From NCBI RefSeq assembly GCF_964355755.1, contig NC_092670.1, positions 32,848,388-32,912,387 on the forward strand: DNA of 64,000 nt. Reading direction: 5' to 3'. The stretch is from Antedon mediterranea. Its lineage: Eukaryota; Animalia; Echinodermata. The position numbers and the translations under genes were made by a program. Positions 38,984 through 52,900 of the stretch are shown here, piece by piece (the stretch's first letter is position 1; every line of letters begins with the position of its first letter). Below the pieces are notes generated by a model, which ran no database searches, was not told where the DNA came from, and saw only the letters and a list, made by a program, of their open reading frames with translations.

Positions 38984-40025
38984 TTATGATGATGAACTAG
39001 GGCCTCGAAAACGATCAAACGCCAGTTCGCTATCCCGCTTCATAATTTTACCTCTTCTTATAACAAGATCAATCTCGCCGTTATCTTTCCTTGATCTTAG
39101 TTCCTGTCTTAACTCATAGTTCATTTGCCTCTCTTTTTTTGATCTATCAGGATTAATATATATGTTCTTTAGAAATGCGTGATCCGTGCTTCTAAGTTTT
39201 TTTTGCATTTACCATCACTTCCCTTTTACTTTTCAGGCTATCCAGAGAAACTCTTGCCATTCTACACCCGTCTTCCGTGTATTTCCCAAGCCTGATCACT
39301 TCTGTTATTTCAACTCCCTCTATCTCTAGACACTCATTGAATAATTTCTCAATAGCAACCCTGTCTTCCTTCAGTCTCTGCTGAGAACTTTGGTTATCAG
39401 ATTCAGGTAGATTTTCGATCACAATATTTAATTTACGAGATTCTCTATCTCTATATTCTTCAATGCCTTCCTGAACACTCTCTTTAATTTTCCCATCCAT
39501 TAGATCGTAGCTCTCTTTTAATTCTATCAAATTATTTCTTGTGTCGACCTGGATTTTTTCAATGACTTCAATGTTTTTATTGGTTAGTGATGCTCTAAGC
39601 GCCTGATCTTTTTGCGTTTTTTCCACAATATTTAATCTCGCATTCATATTTTCCTGCAATTCATTTATCTCCGCAATTTTCTTCAACAAAGGTAACTGTA
39701 CAAGGCATGTATCACATGACCATAAAAAATTCTTTATTTCGCTGTCGGAGAGGAGAGCATACATTTTATTTGAGAGTTTTGAACATTTCAGGCAGAAACA
39801 CCTCTTACAAATGTCACAATTTACGCCCTTATCCTTTTCGCCTATGATGGTTTTACAGATAGCACAAGCTCCCTCAACTGACTGTGGAGTTGCTTCCTGT
39901 TCAGGTTGGCTAGGCCTAGGCCTAGCATCTGCAGGCCTAAATCTAGGTTCCAGTTCCATATCCTTTCTATCCCTTGCCTTCCCTCTAGTAGTAGGCCTAC
40001 CTTCAGCCATGGTTGTTAAGTTCAA
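38984..40025 (-). pseudogene. LINE ORF1 (PHD finger), split by a 1-nt frameshift
   Basis: PHD motif CAIC...CDICKRCFCLKCS...WSCDTC. ORF 40025-39192 continues as 39208-38984 (KKLRST...IYINPDRSKKER...LVIRRGKI) across an A8 run at 39197-39204. Confidence 0.85.
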
Positions 40026-43000
40026 GGAACACTAGGCCTAGCCCCTACACCCTGCTTCCAGGACTCTATGCTCCTCTGTATGGATACTGTAGGCTTCACA
40101 TGGGTCCAGTTGACTTACCCCGACTTAGCAAACACGCTTCCAGAATATCGAAAAATATATCCTTTTTGATACAAATTTCTTGGTACTAGTACTTATTATC
40201 AATTAATATATCATATCATCCACTTTGAAGAACAATTTAAATCCCGGTTTCAAAGATTTTAGCAGATTTAATTCATGAGGTTCAGAGCAAAATAAAACTA
40301 CATGTTGCATTATCGAATAGCGCCACCGCTATAATGTGATGAGGTCCTTATCAACGAAATGCAATTAATACATGCATTGTCTTATTAAAGGTAGTTTTGT
40401 TAAATTACCTTATTTGCTGTATACACGTCACAGAAGCTGAAATGTGTAACAATAAACACTTAAACACAATATTGTTAATTTCCTGTTGAAATTGTTTTTT
40501 ATTTTTGTTATATATGATTTGTATATGAATGTACTATCCGAAATAAAGGAAATTAATGAATGATTAAGTATTCTAACAATGACTTTTGTATAGTGGAATA
40601 TGAACTTAATAAAGGTTTCTTTAAAGCATTAGAAATATCAAATTACACAACTGTACTCTACCTATATCGATTTCATTTTTATTAGGCATAATCTACCAAG
40701 AACTTACAAAAATTAAAACTTAGACGTAAACTTTAGACGTGAGAAATTTTTATTTTATGTTTTTGCAATATTATTATTTAGCATTTTTTGACTTTTTTGA
40801 TATCATACACTCATACATGTGTACTCTCTACTACAATGAAATGAACTGAAAGCATACTCTACTAGAGTAAATAATGTCGTAATTGCAGTATAATAATTTT
40901 GAAATGAATTGAACAATCCTTATATGTAATACTTTGAATTTAAAATGTTGATTTCTACCCTTCTCAGTTATTACATGTTTAATTACTTGGCGGTTGCAAT
41001 AAGCGGTCACTTTGATTACTGCTTAAACAAACTACTTTTCATTTCTTTGTTAACTGTATCTTATCTTTAAAATGTAACTATTTTTTCGTTTGTTATGATT
41101 ACATTTTCATCTCATTTGCACAATATCACGCTTTTATATACAGTGTTCAAAAGTTGTCGCTAAAAAGGTACACACTGGATGGTTTACCGTCTCAGGTTAA
41201 ATACCCACACACGCATATAATTGGGAACGTTATGAAAAACGAATTCAATTCAGTCAACTAGAATGTTTCGATGAATAAATTATGTTGATGTAGGCCTTCT
41301 GTTGTAGAAACTCGGTGCATAATGTCTTGTAAAAAGCTCCAGTATTCCCTACTTTAATTACTACTTTAATTACAATTACTATATTTTTCAAAATGGAAAT
41401 CATATTGACTACTGGTTGCCACCGAACAAGACATTATTTTTATTAAGGGATTGTGGAGCACAAGCCTAACGTTTGTCGCACTGTCTGTGTCCTTAAGCAA
41501 GGTACTTTACTTACGTTTTCCTCTCTTCACCCAAAAAGAGAAGACAGGCCTAACATTCTAACATTAACAAACATATGCAGATGTTTGAAACATGCATCAT
41601 GATACTTGACATCATTGGAGCTATTTTATGGCACAATATTTCATCTTGATACGATTGTTGGTGGAACTTAATCTTTTACACTTAGAACGCCGCCTGATGA
41701 TGATTCTTGGTACTGTAATATACAAAGAAAAACAATTTGCATGATAAAAAAAAAGGATTAAAAGCTCGTCATTAGCATATAAAATATACCGGATCCAACA
41801 GTTGGGATTCTTTGTCTAAATGTGTTAGATGATGGATGTGTGTGAGTGTTTCTGCATCTTATGTGAGGCCTATAGAAAGTAAACAACCATACCTATATTG
41901 AAGCTCAACAAAAGGTAAGACTATGCACAGACTACATAATTGGTATGTTTATTATTTAGGATGAAATGAAAAAATGCGCTAGGTTGTGTAGTACTTTGAT
42001 GTCATTGACTGTGCCAGAGTGCTAGACTGTTATTATTGTATTAATATTAACTGTTTTGTATGTATTGTGGTAAGAAGATTTTTATTTTTTATTATGCGAG
42101 ATATACAATAATAATATTATAGTAATAATAGAAATTAGTCTGTAATTGAAAGGAGTATTCCTAGAATTAGAAACGTTAGAAAATTTACCGGCGTTTTCTG
42201 CCTGTGCACGCTGCAGTTGTTGTTGCTCCCTTATCGTTAGTGCAGCGCTCGCACGGGTAATTTATAGCGTGTTTTTATTTGAAGGTATTTGAGGTATTTT
42301 TGTGTGACCGCCGGGAACATTTAATTTTTAGATTTGTCGCAGTCAATCATAAGATCAAAGGACTGTTACAAATTCCTATCCTGGCAAGGCAGGCTTAACA
42401 TCCTGCTATAGATTACCTTGATTGAGCCTATAGATGAAATGTATAACACTAACTGTGACTTACACTGTTCACAGATTGCTTGGAAAGTCCAGAGGGCACA
42501 TGGAACTTTGCGCCAAAAACCACCAACTGTATGATCTAGAATTGTACACTCCATCGTTTCAAGGAAACTGTACCAATCTAAAAGATCATACTATAAATTT
42601 AGCCAATTTATTCCTTAAATTTAATGTTAGCATATACAAATTCTTTTTAATAACAACACATTATTTGTTCCAGGGTAATCAGAACTGACCCAATCTAAAA
42701 GGTCATACTATAATTTTAGGCATTTTTCTTACAATTTAATGTTAGCATATAGACAAATTCTATTTATTAACACAAATATTTTGCAATGTTAAGCAATTCA
42801 AACGGGGCGCCGTTTACCGTATTTAAAAGCCAACAATATTATTTCTGGTAGTGGATCAATTCCTCTCGGATAAGGAATATAAACCGTAAGAACAGTGTAC
42901 ACAGTTTGCCCGTGTGTACTTTCAAGAACCAATTTCATTATTTGACACGAGATAGGGAGATACCACGGTGAACTGATTCACACAATTGCCCTTTTCAAGG

Positions 43001-43844
43001 ATTACCACCTATCTGATGATTAAGTGATTCATTTAAAATAATAATAATACATTTATAGTAATAATTCTTCCTAAATGTGGTCTTAAAAATAAAGATAATA
43101 AAATATATATACTAACAGACTCAAAGGTGCTGTTCTGTTTAGTGTATGTAAATACGAATAAGCTTCGAAAGATGTAAATATACATTTAATGGGTAAATAT
43201 TATTATTCTGAGTAGAACAATATGTATAGGGGTTGAAAATAATAATATAAATCATTTTAAAGAGGAGAAAGAAAACAATCCTGTAATTATATTATGATAT
43301 TATTATAGTTACTAGTAGTTAACCACCAAATAGAGATTGAGAAGAAAAAAAAACATGTTAACTGCTATAAGTTTGGTAAGTTAAAAACTTAAAAAAAACA
43401 TTTTTACAGGACCTGTTTTCGGATTGTGACTCATTACAAGGTGTGTGTAGGCCCTTTGATTGTGATTTATTATATTCGATCATTTACAAATGTATTAAAT
43501 CATACTTGTATAGCTAGATTTGCTCCCAGACAGTCATTCAAAGTCATCACTATCCAAATCAACGTAGCCTATCCAAGTTCTTTGTAGGATTGGGTCGGAA
43601 TATTCACTAAGTTGGTCATCTAACCAATTGTTTTCGTTTTCCCTCAAAATTTCAACTAACTTGCCATTGAAACTTTGGCATTCTTCTCTAACGGAAGTCC
43701 ACGTAGCTGTCGCACTGGTGAATAAGTAGCATTTAGAAAATGTAGCATTGTAGCGCCATCCAATAGGACATTCTAAGAATGAAATAAACTTTTTTGATTC
43801 GGATTTGGATAATGTGAACAGTACGTCTAAACTTGTTAGATCGT

Positions 43845-45170
43845 CGTAGTAGTGATGGGATTTGGCAATGTTGTAATGATATTCAGTGAGTAATGATGAC
43901 ATTCGGTAAACTAGTGATGCCATTCAGTCAGGTAGTGATGACATTAATCAAGTAGTGATGACATCCAGTAAAATATTGATGACATGCAGTCAAGTGGTGA
44001 TGACATTCAGTAAAGTAGTTAAGACATTCAGTCAAGTAGTGATGGCAATGAGTAAAGTAGTGACGACATCCAGTAAAGTAGTGACGAGATTAAGTGAAGT
44101 AGTGATGACATTCAGTAAAGGGTGATGACATTCTATACTGTAGTGATGACATTCAGTAAAGTAGTGACGACATCCAGTGAAGTAGTAACGAGATTAAGTG
44201 AAGTATTGATGACATTCAGTAAATTAGTAAAGACATCCAGTAAAATGGTGATGGCATTCAGTAAAGTAGTTAAGACATTCAGTCAAGTAGTGATGGCAAT
44301 GAGTAAAATAGTGAAGGAATTCAGTAAAGGGTGATGACATTCAATACTGTAGTGATGGCAATGAGTAAAGTAGTGACGAAATTCACAAAATTGATTGAAA
44401 TATATATTTATACTGGGTAACCTCTTCAGTCAAAGACTGGTCTCCCAGAGGGCCCAGTTGGTGATCAGTGGCTGTGATGTACTAATACACCGGGGTAACC
44501 CCCTACTCGTCTCGAAAGATGTACTAGGTTCTTTAAAGTGCACACGAGCAAGTTGTGTACACTGGACCTACGGTTTATAGTCCTTATCCGAGAAGACTCG
44601 TTCTACCACCAGAACCATGAAGTGAGTGAGCCTCGAACCCATGCCGATGTTATGGCTACGTGATTACGGTTCCACTGTCTTAACCGCTCGGCCACTCACC
44701 CACAGACATTCAGTTAAGTAGTGATGTCATTAGGTAAAGTAGTGACGACATCCAGTAAAGGGTGATGACATTCAATACCGTAGTAATGAAATTCAGTGAT
44801 ATAGTGACGATATCCAGTAAAGTGGTGATGACATTTAGTAAAGTAGTTAAGACATTCAGTCAAGTAGTGATGTCATTAGGTAAAGTAGTGACGACATCCA
44901 GTAAAGGATAATGACATTCAATACTGTAGTGATGATGACATTCAGTAAGTAGTGACGACATCCAGAAAAGTAGTGACGAGATTAAGTGGAGTAGTGATGA
45001 CATTCAGTAAATTTAATATCGACGGAATTAGGTAAAGAGTGATTACGTTCAGTAAAGAGTGATGACATTTAGTAAAGAGTGATGGCATTCAGTAAGAGTG
45101 ATTCTATTTAATAATGTAGTGATGACATTCAGTAAAGAGTGATGATATTCATTAAAGTAGTGATGACATA
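43845..45170. repeat. ~21-bp minisatellite (AGTAAAGTAGTGATGACATTC)n
   Basis: Degenerate tandem units, interrupted by a SINE at about 44390-44703. A related array lies at about 52580-52900. Confidence 0.9.
44390..44703 (-). mobile_element. tRNA-derived SINE with Deu/Nin-like central domain
   Basis: The minus strand has A box GTGGCCGAGCGG, B box GGTTCGAGGCT and central TCTTCTCGGATAAGGACTATAAACCGTAGG...AAAGAACC...GGGGGTTACCCCGGTGT. Plus-strand relatives lie at about 42850-43070 and 50045-50290. Confidence 0.8.
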
Positions 45171-45697
45171 CAATTTCTGGATACTACTACTATAGGCGTT
45201 TTGAGTGTACGACAGAAGACCAAACATTTCATCATGTATATAACCCAAATCTCGTTTGGTTCCAAGTGAATTGAGGCTCTCCCATAATGTATTGTTAACT
45301 GCATTGTATAAGCAACCTTCAATGTATTGTATAACAAAATATGTTGTTGTTGATATCCACTTATAATACCCAAAGCATTTTGGCGTATGTTATGGGTAGT
45401 GGTGAGTAACAGATGGAGTGATCATTATGTGAAATGTTCATGTACGAAATATGCAAATGGAATATCGATGGATAATTGAAGTAAAGGGCAAGCTTTATTT
45501 TTTCTCGATAGATACTTCATACGATCGTCGCTAATAACAAAGTCATTTCTAATGTAATAAGTATATTATTCTTTACTGCATATAACACAATATTACACTA
45601 TTGCCATCGAAAAGTGAATTGGATAGAATGGATTTTTATTTAAACTTCACAAAAGACGTCGTAGGCCTACGTGAACTCACCGTTTGTTGCGTCGCCC

Positions 45698-46496
45698 TTT
45701 TTAGTCGCGTGGAAGCGACTCTATAGTTCACTATGTCGGTCGGTTGGTCGGTCTGTCTCCCTGTCTGTCTGTCTGTCTGTCGGCCTGTCTGTCGGTCCGG
45801 TATCACTATGCGTTTTATCGCTTTATGACCTTATCTTGATATCAGTTTAATCTAGCTAAGTCAATTTTTCACAGAATATTCCTTATGGCCAGGAATCGAT
45901 GTGGTTATGTTTTCACGGTGCGCAATAAAAAATTACGCGGTCTACGCACGATTGAACGAAATCACGTTTGTAATCATATCTTAACAACCACGAATCACAA
46001 TTAAATAAAATTTGGTACTAATAAATTTCAGGGCATAAATCATCATATGGCAATACAATTACGTGCGTAGCGCATGTAACGCATGCGTACGCGCTCCTTA
46101 AAATTTTCAAAATTTATTTTCGATGAAATAAGAGTACATTTCAGGCAATTTTAAGCGTTTACAAAATTGCCATGAGTGCGCATATTTTTGCGTGCGCACT
46201 GCGCGTTAAATGTTATTGCGCATTCTTTTTGCCCGATTGATGTTTTCTTGACTTACTTTTCAACTCGAAATTACGTTATACGAGCACGTCGAAAGTGACA
46301 GGCTACGCACGTGTAAATTAAAAAAATATAAATGTTTTAAAACATTTCAACATTTTTAAACATGTTCAGTAATTTCGGTCAGTATAGTTCACTATGTCGG
46401 TCGGTCGGTCTGTCTGTCTGTCGGTCTGTCTGTCGGTCTGTCTGTCCGGTATCACTATGCATTGTAGCACGCGACTTAATGGCTGTTGGCCTTGTT
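45698..46496 (+). mobile_element. DINE-1/HINE-like non-autonomous Helentron derivative, nested in a small TIR element
   Basis: Starts TTTTTAGTCGCGT, carries two (GTCY)n tracts, and ends ACGCGACT...GGCTGTTGGCCTTGTT (subterminal inverted repeat plus a weak 3' stem-loop). Host inverted ends are TTGTTGCGTCGC (about 45684) and GCGACGCAACAA (about 46561). A short minus-strand relative lies at about 48236-48340. Confidence 0.7.
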
Positions 46497-47302
46497 AATA
46501 ATGGTCGCACTTTGTAATAAAAGTTGTCGGTAATACATAGTGCGACAATTATTACAAAGTGCGACGCAACAACCGTTGCATATTGGAAAAATGATGGCAC
46601 ATTCTTGATAGTCATAAAACGTATTAAATTTAGTTACACTAATCTACGATAATAAATGCAATAAACAGCAAACGTTCGGATAGATGTTGGGCTCCCAACA
46701 TAACATTTAAAAACCATTATTTTAAAACTTACCATCACAAATGACGTAATGTGTAACAACCAACATTAACAGTAATATACGTCCTCTGGGTCTCATTTTT
46801 ACAACTACACTAATTTAGAAATATCAAAATGACGACAATAACACTGTTATTCAATGGAAATATAATTATACTTAATAAAATTAAAAATACTATACCATAT
46901 TGTTTATTAATATAATTTTTGTGAACCTGATTCTTTTAAAGTTACAATATCCACATCATAGCAACTCATGTTGTTCTATTAATTTAATTAGTAAGAATAT
47001 GATTGCAACAGAAGAACTGATAACACAATTACTATTATACCATTTATAATTTACTAACTTAATTAGTGTTTCTGTTTCAACAATAATTTAATGTAGTCTA
47101 AGACACACACTCACAAGTAAAATGACGACAAGACATCCAATAGGAGGACTTTTCTCCAATCATTTTGTTTAAAACCCGTAATATTCAGAAAATATCTCAG
47201 AATGTTTTTTTTTTAATGTAGGCTACTCAATATATTATATGCTACTTAAATTTGGTTTTTTATTATTTTGACTTGTTGGCGTTGACCCGGCATTTCAAAC
47301 TA

Positions 47303-47525
47303 AAAGATTGGTTCCCACTAGCGATGCAAACCTAAATAAATCTACGCAACGAAAGAAAATGCCCTTCCGATACGTGTGTTCTCCCCCGTCTGCGTGAAAT
47401 CAACCCTGCGATGTTTTCAGCACTGATGCGTCGTCGTTTCCCACTTGTGATTGCACAATACAGCACTTTGCGTCAATACGTCGTAGCGTTGCGTTACGTT
47501 GCATCTCTAGTGGGAACAACGCTTT
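47303..47525. mobile_element. MITE (~220 bp)
   Basis: Inverted ends GTTCCCACTAGCGATGCAA / TTGCATCTCTAGTGGGAAC. A degenerate relative lies at about 4900-5150. Confidence 0.7.
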
Positions 47526-48910
47526 GAGAATGAGGAATCTTCAGTAATGTTCATAAGTAGGCCTATGTGATGTCATATCGTGGATGTACATGAATAAGGA
47601 TGAATATAATTATGTCTAATTAGCTTTAATTAAGTACGTTCTTAAATTAATTTAGCGCAGGAATATTAAATCTATTCACCACTCTACAGTTGAACATTAC
47701 AAATCATTTCTGGGTCTCATAGATTATATAATCAACACACCTCAAACCTGTTGTGTGTATGTAAATTTGGTGTAATGGTTATGCTACCACTCTTCAACTA
47801 ACAATGGTTTCAGTTGACTAACAATAGAACAGCAACGCCAAAATCAAACGGGTGATTTTGAAAAGAAATAGGTTTTTTTTTTAAAATAATCGTATCAACA
47901 AACATGTACATTGAATGAAATTATGTTTTAAACTTACAAATTATAACTCTTTCTTCTGAAAAATGAAGTTTTTTTGGACAAGTAGTTCTCGAGAGAATGC
48001 AATTTCAGTTAACTTGTTACTTCGCCAGCTTTTGAAAATATTATCCTATCTTTTAACACTAGCCGGTATGAAAATAAAATCCTTTTTAATCGCTTCGGCT
48101 TGCAGAAGGTACAAAAGATACCAATTGCTCTTGATAGTGGTAAGCGTTTGTAATGGAGAAATCCGCTTACGAGAGGCTAAATTATATTTATTATATCAAC
48201 TATCATGATGCGTCCTTATGTAACTCTACTAAAAAATAAGGCCATATACATGGCTGCAGTCGCGTGCTCAAGTTAGTGTTTACTGACCGACCGACCAACC
48301 GATCAACCAACTGACCGACATAGTGAGGTGTAGAGTAAAAATCATATTTATTCGTTTGTTATGATGACATTTTCACCTCATCGGCACAAGATCATCATCG
48401 ATTGAATATACAGTGTTTAAAAGTTGACGCACAAAATTGAGAACGCCCTTGCGCTGCTAATGGTCTCGAAAACGAATTCAATTCAGTCAAATAGAATGTT
48501 TCGATGAATACATTATGTTGATGTAAGCCTTCTGTTGTAGAAACTTATAAAATATTTTAAAAGGGTAAAAAGCTCAATATTCACTAGAATTTACTATTGT
48601 AATTACGATTCCTATATTGTTAAAAAAAATGGAAATTACATTGACTACTGGTTGCCACCGAACAAAACATTAATAAGGAGTGTAGCGCAGAGTATTGGAC
48701 GTCGGAATACTAACCGTGATATCGGGAGTCCAAGTCTAACGTTTGCCGCACTGCCTGTGTCCTTAAGCAAGGTATTTTACTTACGTTTTCCTCTCTTCAC
48801 CCAGAAAGGGAAGACGTCAGGCCTAAAATAATCTAACATTAACAAAAATATGCAGATGTAAATAACTTGAGAGTTTGAAACATGCATCATGATACTTGAC
48901 GGCATTTGAG

Positions 48911-51888
48911 CTAGTTTATGGCACTGATATAATATTTCATCTTGATACGATTGTTGGTGGAACTTAATTTTTTACACTTAGAACGCCGCCTGATGATGGT
49001 CCTTGGTACTGTAAATTACAAAGAATAACAATTTGCATGATAAAAAAAAAAGAATTCAAAGCACATCATTAGCATATCAAATATACCGGGTCCAATAGTT
49101 GAAGGGATTCTTTGTCTGTGTAAGCATAATGTGTTAGAGGATAGACGTGTGTGCGTGTTTCTGTACCGTATGCGAGGCCTATAGAAAGTAAATAACAATA
49201 CGTAAATTTAAAAGAAAAAACTGAACAAAAGGTAGGACTGTGCATAGACTACAAAATTGGTATGTTTATTATTTAGGATAACATGAAAAAATGCGCTAGG
49301 TTGTGTAGTACTTTGATGTCATTGACTGTGCCAGGGTGCTAGACTGTTATTATTGTATTAATATTAACTGTTTTGTATTGTGATAGATAGAAGGAGATTT
49401 TAGTGTTATGCGAGATATATAATACAAATTTGAGATAGAAAAATTTGTTTGTAATTGAAAAGAGTATTCGTAGAATAGAATTAGAAATTCACCGGCGTTT
49501 TCTGCCAGTGCACGCTGCAGTTGTTGTTGCTCCCTTATCGTTAGTGCAGAGCCAGCACGCGTAATTCATATGCGTATCTTGATTTACAAGCCATTTTTGT
49601 ATGAAGTCACGGACGTCATAAGATCAAAGATCACTGTAAACAAATCATAGCTTGACAAGACAAGCTCAGCATTATGTTGTTAGATTACCTTGATCTGAGC
49701 CTATAGATGAAATGTATCACATGCATTAACAATAATAACACTAAATGTGACTTACACTGTTCACAGATTGCTTGAAAAGTCCAGGTGGCACATGGAACCT
49801 TGCGCCAAAAACCGCCAACTGTATGGTCTAGAGTTGTGCACTCCTTCGTTCCATGGCCATGGACATCAGAACTGTACCAATCTAAAAGGTCATACTATAA
49901 TTTTAGGCAAATTATTCCATAATATTAATGTTAGCACAAATTCTATTTAATAACACAAATATTTTGATGTTACACAATGCAAATGTCCAAGCGATTCAGA
50001 ACAGAGCGCCGTTTACCGTACCTAAAAGCCAAAAATATTATTGGCTTAGGTTCGAGGCCGACTCGCTTCTATTTCTGTATTGGAAAAATTTTTTTCGGAT
50101 AAGGAATATAAACCGTAAGAACAGTTTACACAGTTTGCCCGTGTGTACTTTCACGAACCAATTTCATTATTTGAGACGAGATAGGGAGATACCACGGTGA
50201 ACGGATTCACACAATTGCCCTTTTTAAGGGGATTAACACCTATCTGATAAGTGATTAATTTAAAATAATAATAATTTTATAATAATAATTCTTCCTAAAT
50301 GTGGTCTTAAAAAATGTAAACAATACATGTAAATAGATATAATTATACTTAATAAACAGAACAACCTCTTTGAGTTGTTTAAATATAATTTTTATAATTC
50401 AAAACAATGGTTTCTGTCTTAGTAATATTAATCTTCAGGCCAAATTCATTAAAAACTATAGTTTATGTAGTATGGTAACCATTCTGAGGAGTTCTGCTGT
50501 TTAGTACCAGATCAGCTGCGTATCCTCCATGTACATTATTAAAGATTCACACTGATGATGGAAAGCGCTTCCCGATACGTATGTATGTAATGCGCCTTGA
50601 GCACTATTGAATGGTATGTGCACTATAAAAATCCTGTTATTATTATTATTATTATTATTGTTGATAACCGTCGTTGAAATAAAAGATGAGATTGAAACTA
50701 CTCAAACGAGTTGTTCTGTTAAGTGTATTTCAATACTTCTCACTTATAGAAGCTTTGGAAGATGATAATATACAATAGTGGGTAAGTAGTATTATTCTGA
50801 GTAAAACAATATTTACAGGGGTTGAAAATATAAATAATTTTAAAGAGGAGACAGAAAACAAACCTGTAATTATTGTTTATGAAACACTGAATGAATAAAG
50901 TTACTTGTAGTTATACATTAAATAGAGAGAGAGAGAAAAACAACAAAAACTTTTAACTGCTATAAGTTAATAAATTTGAGTTTTTACAGGTGGACCTGTT
51001 TTCGAATTGTGAATCATTACAAGGTGTGTGTATGCCCTTTCTCAATCTCAGATATTTCCTCATCTTTCTCGTTTCTAGTTTAAATCAAGTTTGGTATGGC
51101 TATTTTTAGACTAAGTATTTATATTTGATCATTTACAAATGTATTAAATCATACTTGTATAGGTAGATTTGCTCCCCGACAGCCATTCAAATTCATCATC
51201 ACTATCCGAATCAACGTAGCCAATCCAAGCTCTTTGTAGGACTCGGTTGGAATATTCACTAAGTTGGTCATCTAACCATTTGTTTTCGTCTTCGCTCAAA
51301 ATTTCAACTAACTTGCCATTGAAACTTTGGCATTCTTCTCTAACGGAAGTCCACGTAGCTATCGCATTGGTGAATAAGTAGCATTTAGAAAATGCAGCAT
51401 TGTAACTCCATCCAATAGGACATTCTAAGAATGAAATCAACTTAAAAATGACCTTTATTTTTATTTTTATTCTGATTTGAATATTGTGAACAGTCTTTTA
51501 TTGTATGTCCCACTGTGTTTTTTTTCTTAATTCGGCTTCAATAATACTAAGTCAAAGAGCCCTTCACAAAGTAAAGGATGAAGCTTTGATTCTAGTAGTA
51601 TTGAGTGTTACATCTCCCTGGTAGTCACCTCAGTTTTAATTTTGTGGATGCCATATTTGGCTGCTGTGTATTAATTTGTCAATGATTTTTAAATATATCT
51701 CACAGCCCGCCATGTTGGTGCTGATAAACTCAATACCTTTTTCTATTGATGAGGTACTATCAATTCTGTATTACATTTTTCTTGTATTCCATTATGTAAC
51801 AATTATATAAAATTTAAATCTCACCTTCACAAATGACGTAATGTGTAGAAATCAAAATTGACAGTAATATACGTCCTTTTGTTTCCAT
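48911..51888 (-). CDS. Secreted C-type lectin-like protein, copy C (lacks the Ca2+/sugar-binding motifs)
   Basis: Exons 51888-51825 (METKGRILLSILISTHYVICE), 51424-51155, 49881-49756 (NWYSSDVHGHGTKEC...WRKVPC...ICEQ) and 49008-48911 (LPRTIIRRRSKCKKLSSTNNRIKMKYYISAIN*). The frame is open and introns are phase 1. Confidence 0.87.
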
Positions 51889-52579
51889 TTTTACATACAT
51901 CTTTAATCTGTAAACACACCATGAAGAAAAGTCATGGGTTAAAAATGAAAATCATATTTGAAAGTAGTAACTTATGCTGCAGCTTAAACTTGGTGGAAAT
52001 AAAAATAAATATACAGAAAACCTTTAGACTTGATACTTCTTTTGCTGAAGATTATGGGGGTATACTACGATGTATAAACTGTTCGTTCTGAACTAAAGGC
52101 GTGCAATAAAAACATGAACGATAGATATTAATAAACGCATACAGCGTTGATTGACGTACGACAATATAATAGTTTCGTTAAAAACGAACGACGCATTCAT
52201 TCTTATAATTTCTCGTCACAGCATTATATAACATTATCAATTTTTACTCTAACAACACTTACAATTAAGTACGCTAGATATAAATTCATAACAAATTAAC
52301 ACTTTCAATAAGTAGACTAACACAGAACTACCTGTATAGTATCTAGTGAAAAACTTAATTAATGCTACTATAAATAGAAATTCCAAATGCCAATCATACA
52401 TTATACTCCTCTTAGATCAATTTTATTTGTTTGTCGGTGTCAAACATAATATCATTGCTACTACCAGGTTCCATATACGTTAACGTTTATTCGCAACAAT
52501 TAGGAACACTACCAATTAATTGTTAAGTGAAATTGAAAAGTAGTAAATATGTTATTATTAGAACAGGTACGTTTGTAAA

Positions 52580-52900
52580 GTAAAGACATTCAGTCAAGTA
52601 GTAATGGCATTAAGTGAAGTAGTGACGACATCCTGTAAAGGGTGATGACATTCAATACTGTAGTGATGCCATTGAGTAAAGTAGTGACGCATCCAGTAAA
52701 CTAGTGACGAGATTAAGCAAGTGTGATGACATTCAGTAAATTTAATAACGATGAAATTAAGTAAAGAGTGATTACGTACGTTCAGTAAACTGTGATGACA
52801 TTTAGTAAAAAGTGATGACATTCAGAAAGAGTAATTTCATTCAAAAATGTAGTGATGACACTCGGTAAAGGGTGATGATATTCAAAAAAGTAGTAGTGAT
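52580..52900. repeat. Second ~21-bp minisatellite array
   Basis: Same GTGATGACATTCAGTAAA unit as 43845-45170. Confidence 0.85.

Larger units (their letters stand above)
35889..40334 (-). mobile_element. Near full-length CR1/L2-group LINE retrotransposon
   Basis: Contains ORF1 (PHD finger, coiled coil) and ORF2 (APE-RT). The 3' tail is a repeated 11-mer (CTTACTTGAAT x2 on +, from 35889). A possible TSD TGTGAT lies at 35883-35888 and 40335-40340. Confidence 0.92.
41621..46796 (-). pseudogene. C-type lectin copy B with a premature stop
   Basis: Exons 46796-46733, 43772-43506, 42577-42464 and 41712-41621. The conserved FEW Trp is TGA (43536-43534). Intron 1 is expanded by a minisatellite, a SINE and a HINE. 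It is a close paralogue of copy C. Confidence 0.82.

Noticed and set aside
43534-43536. TGA as selenocysteine or readthrough in lectin B
   Set aside because: It replaces a conserved Trp (TGG in A, C and D), no SECIS is recognisable, and the copy shows other signs of decay.
44122-44334. 70-aa ORF with heptad-like repeats
   Set aside because: Translation of the 21-bp minisatellite.
44630-44703. Possible tRNA gene
   Set aside because: The A/B boxes run directly into a SINE body found elsewhere in the window, and no complete cloverleaf is visible.
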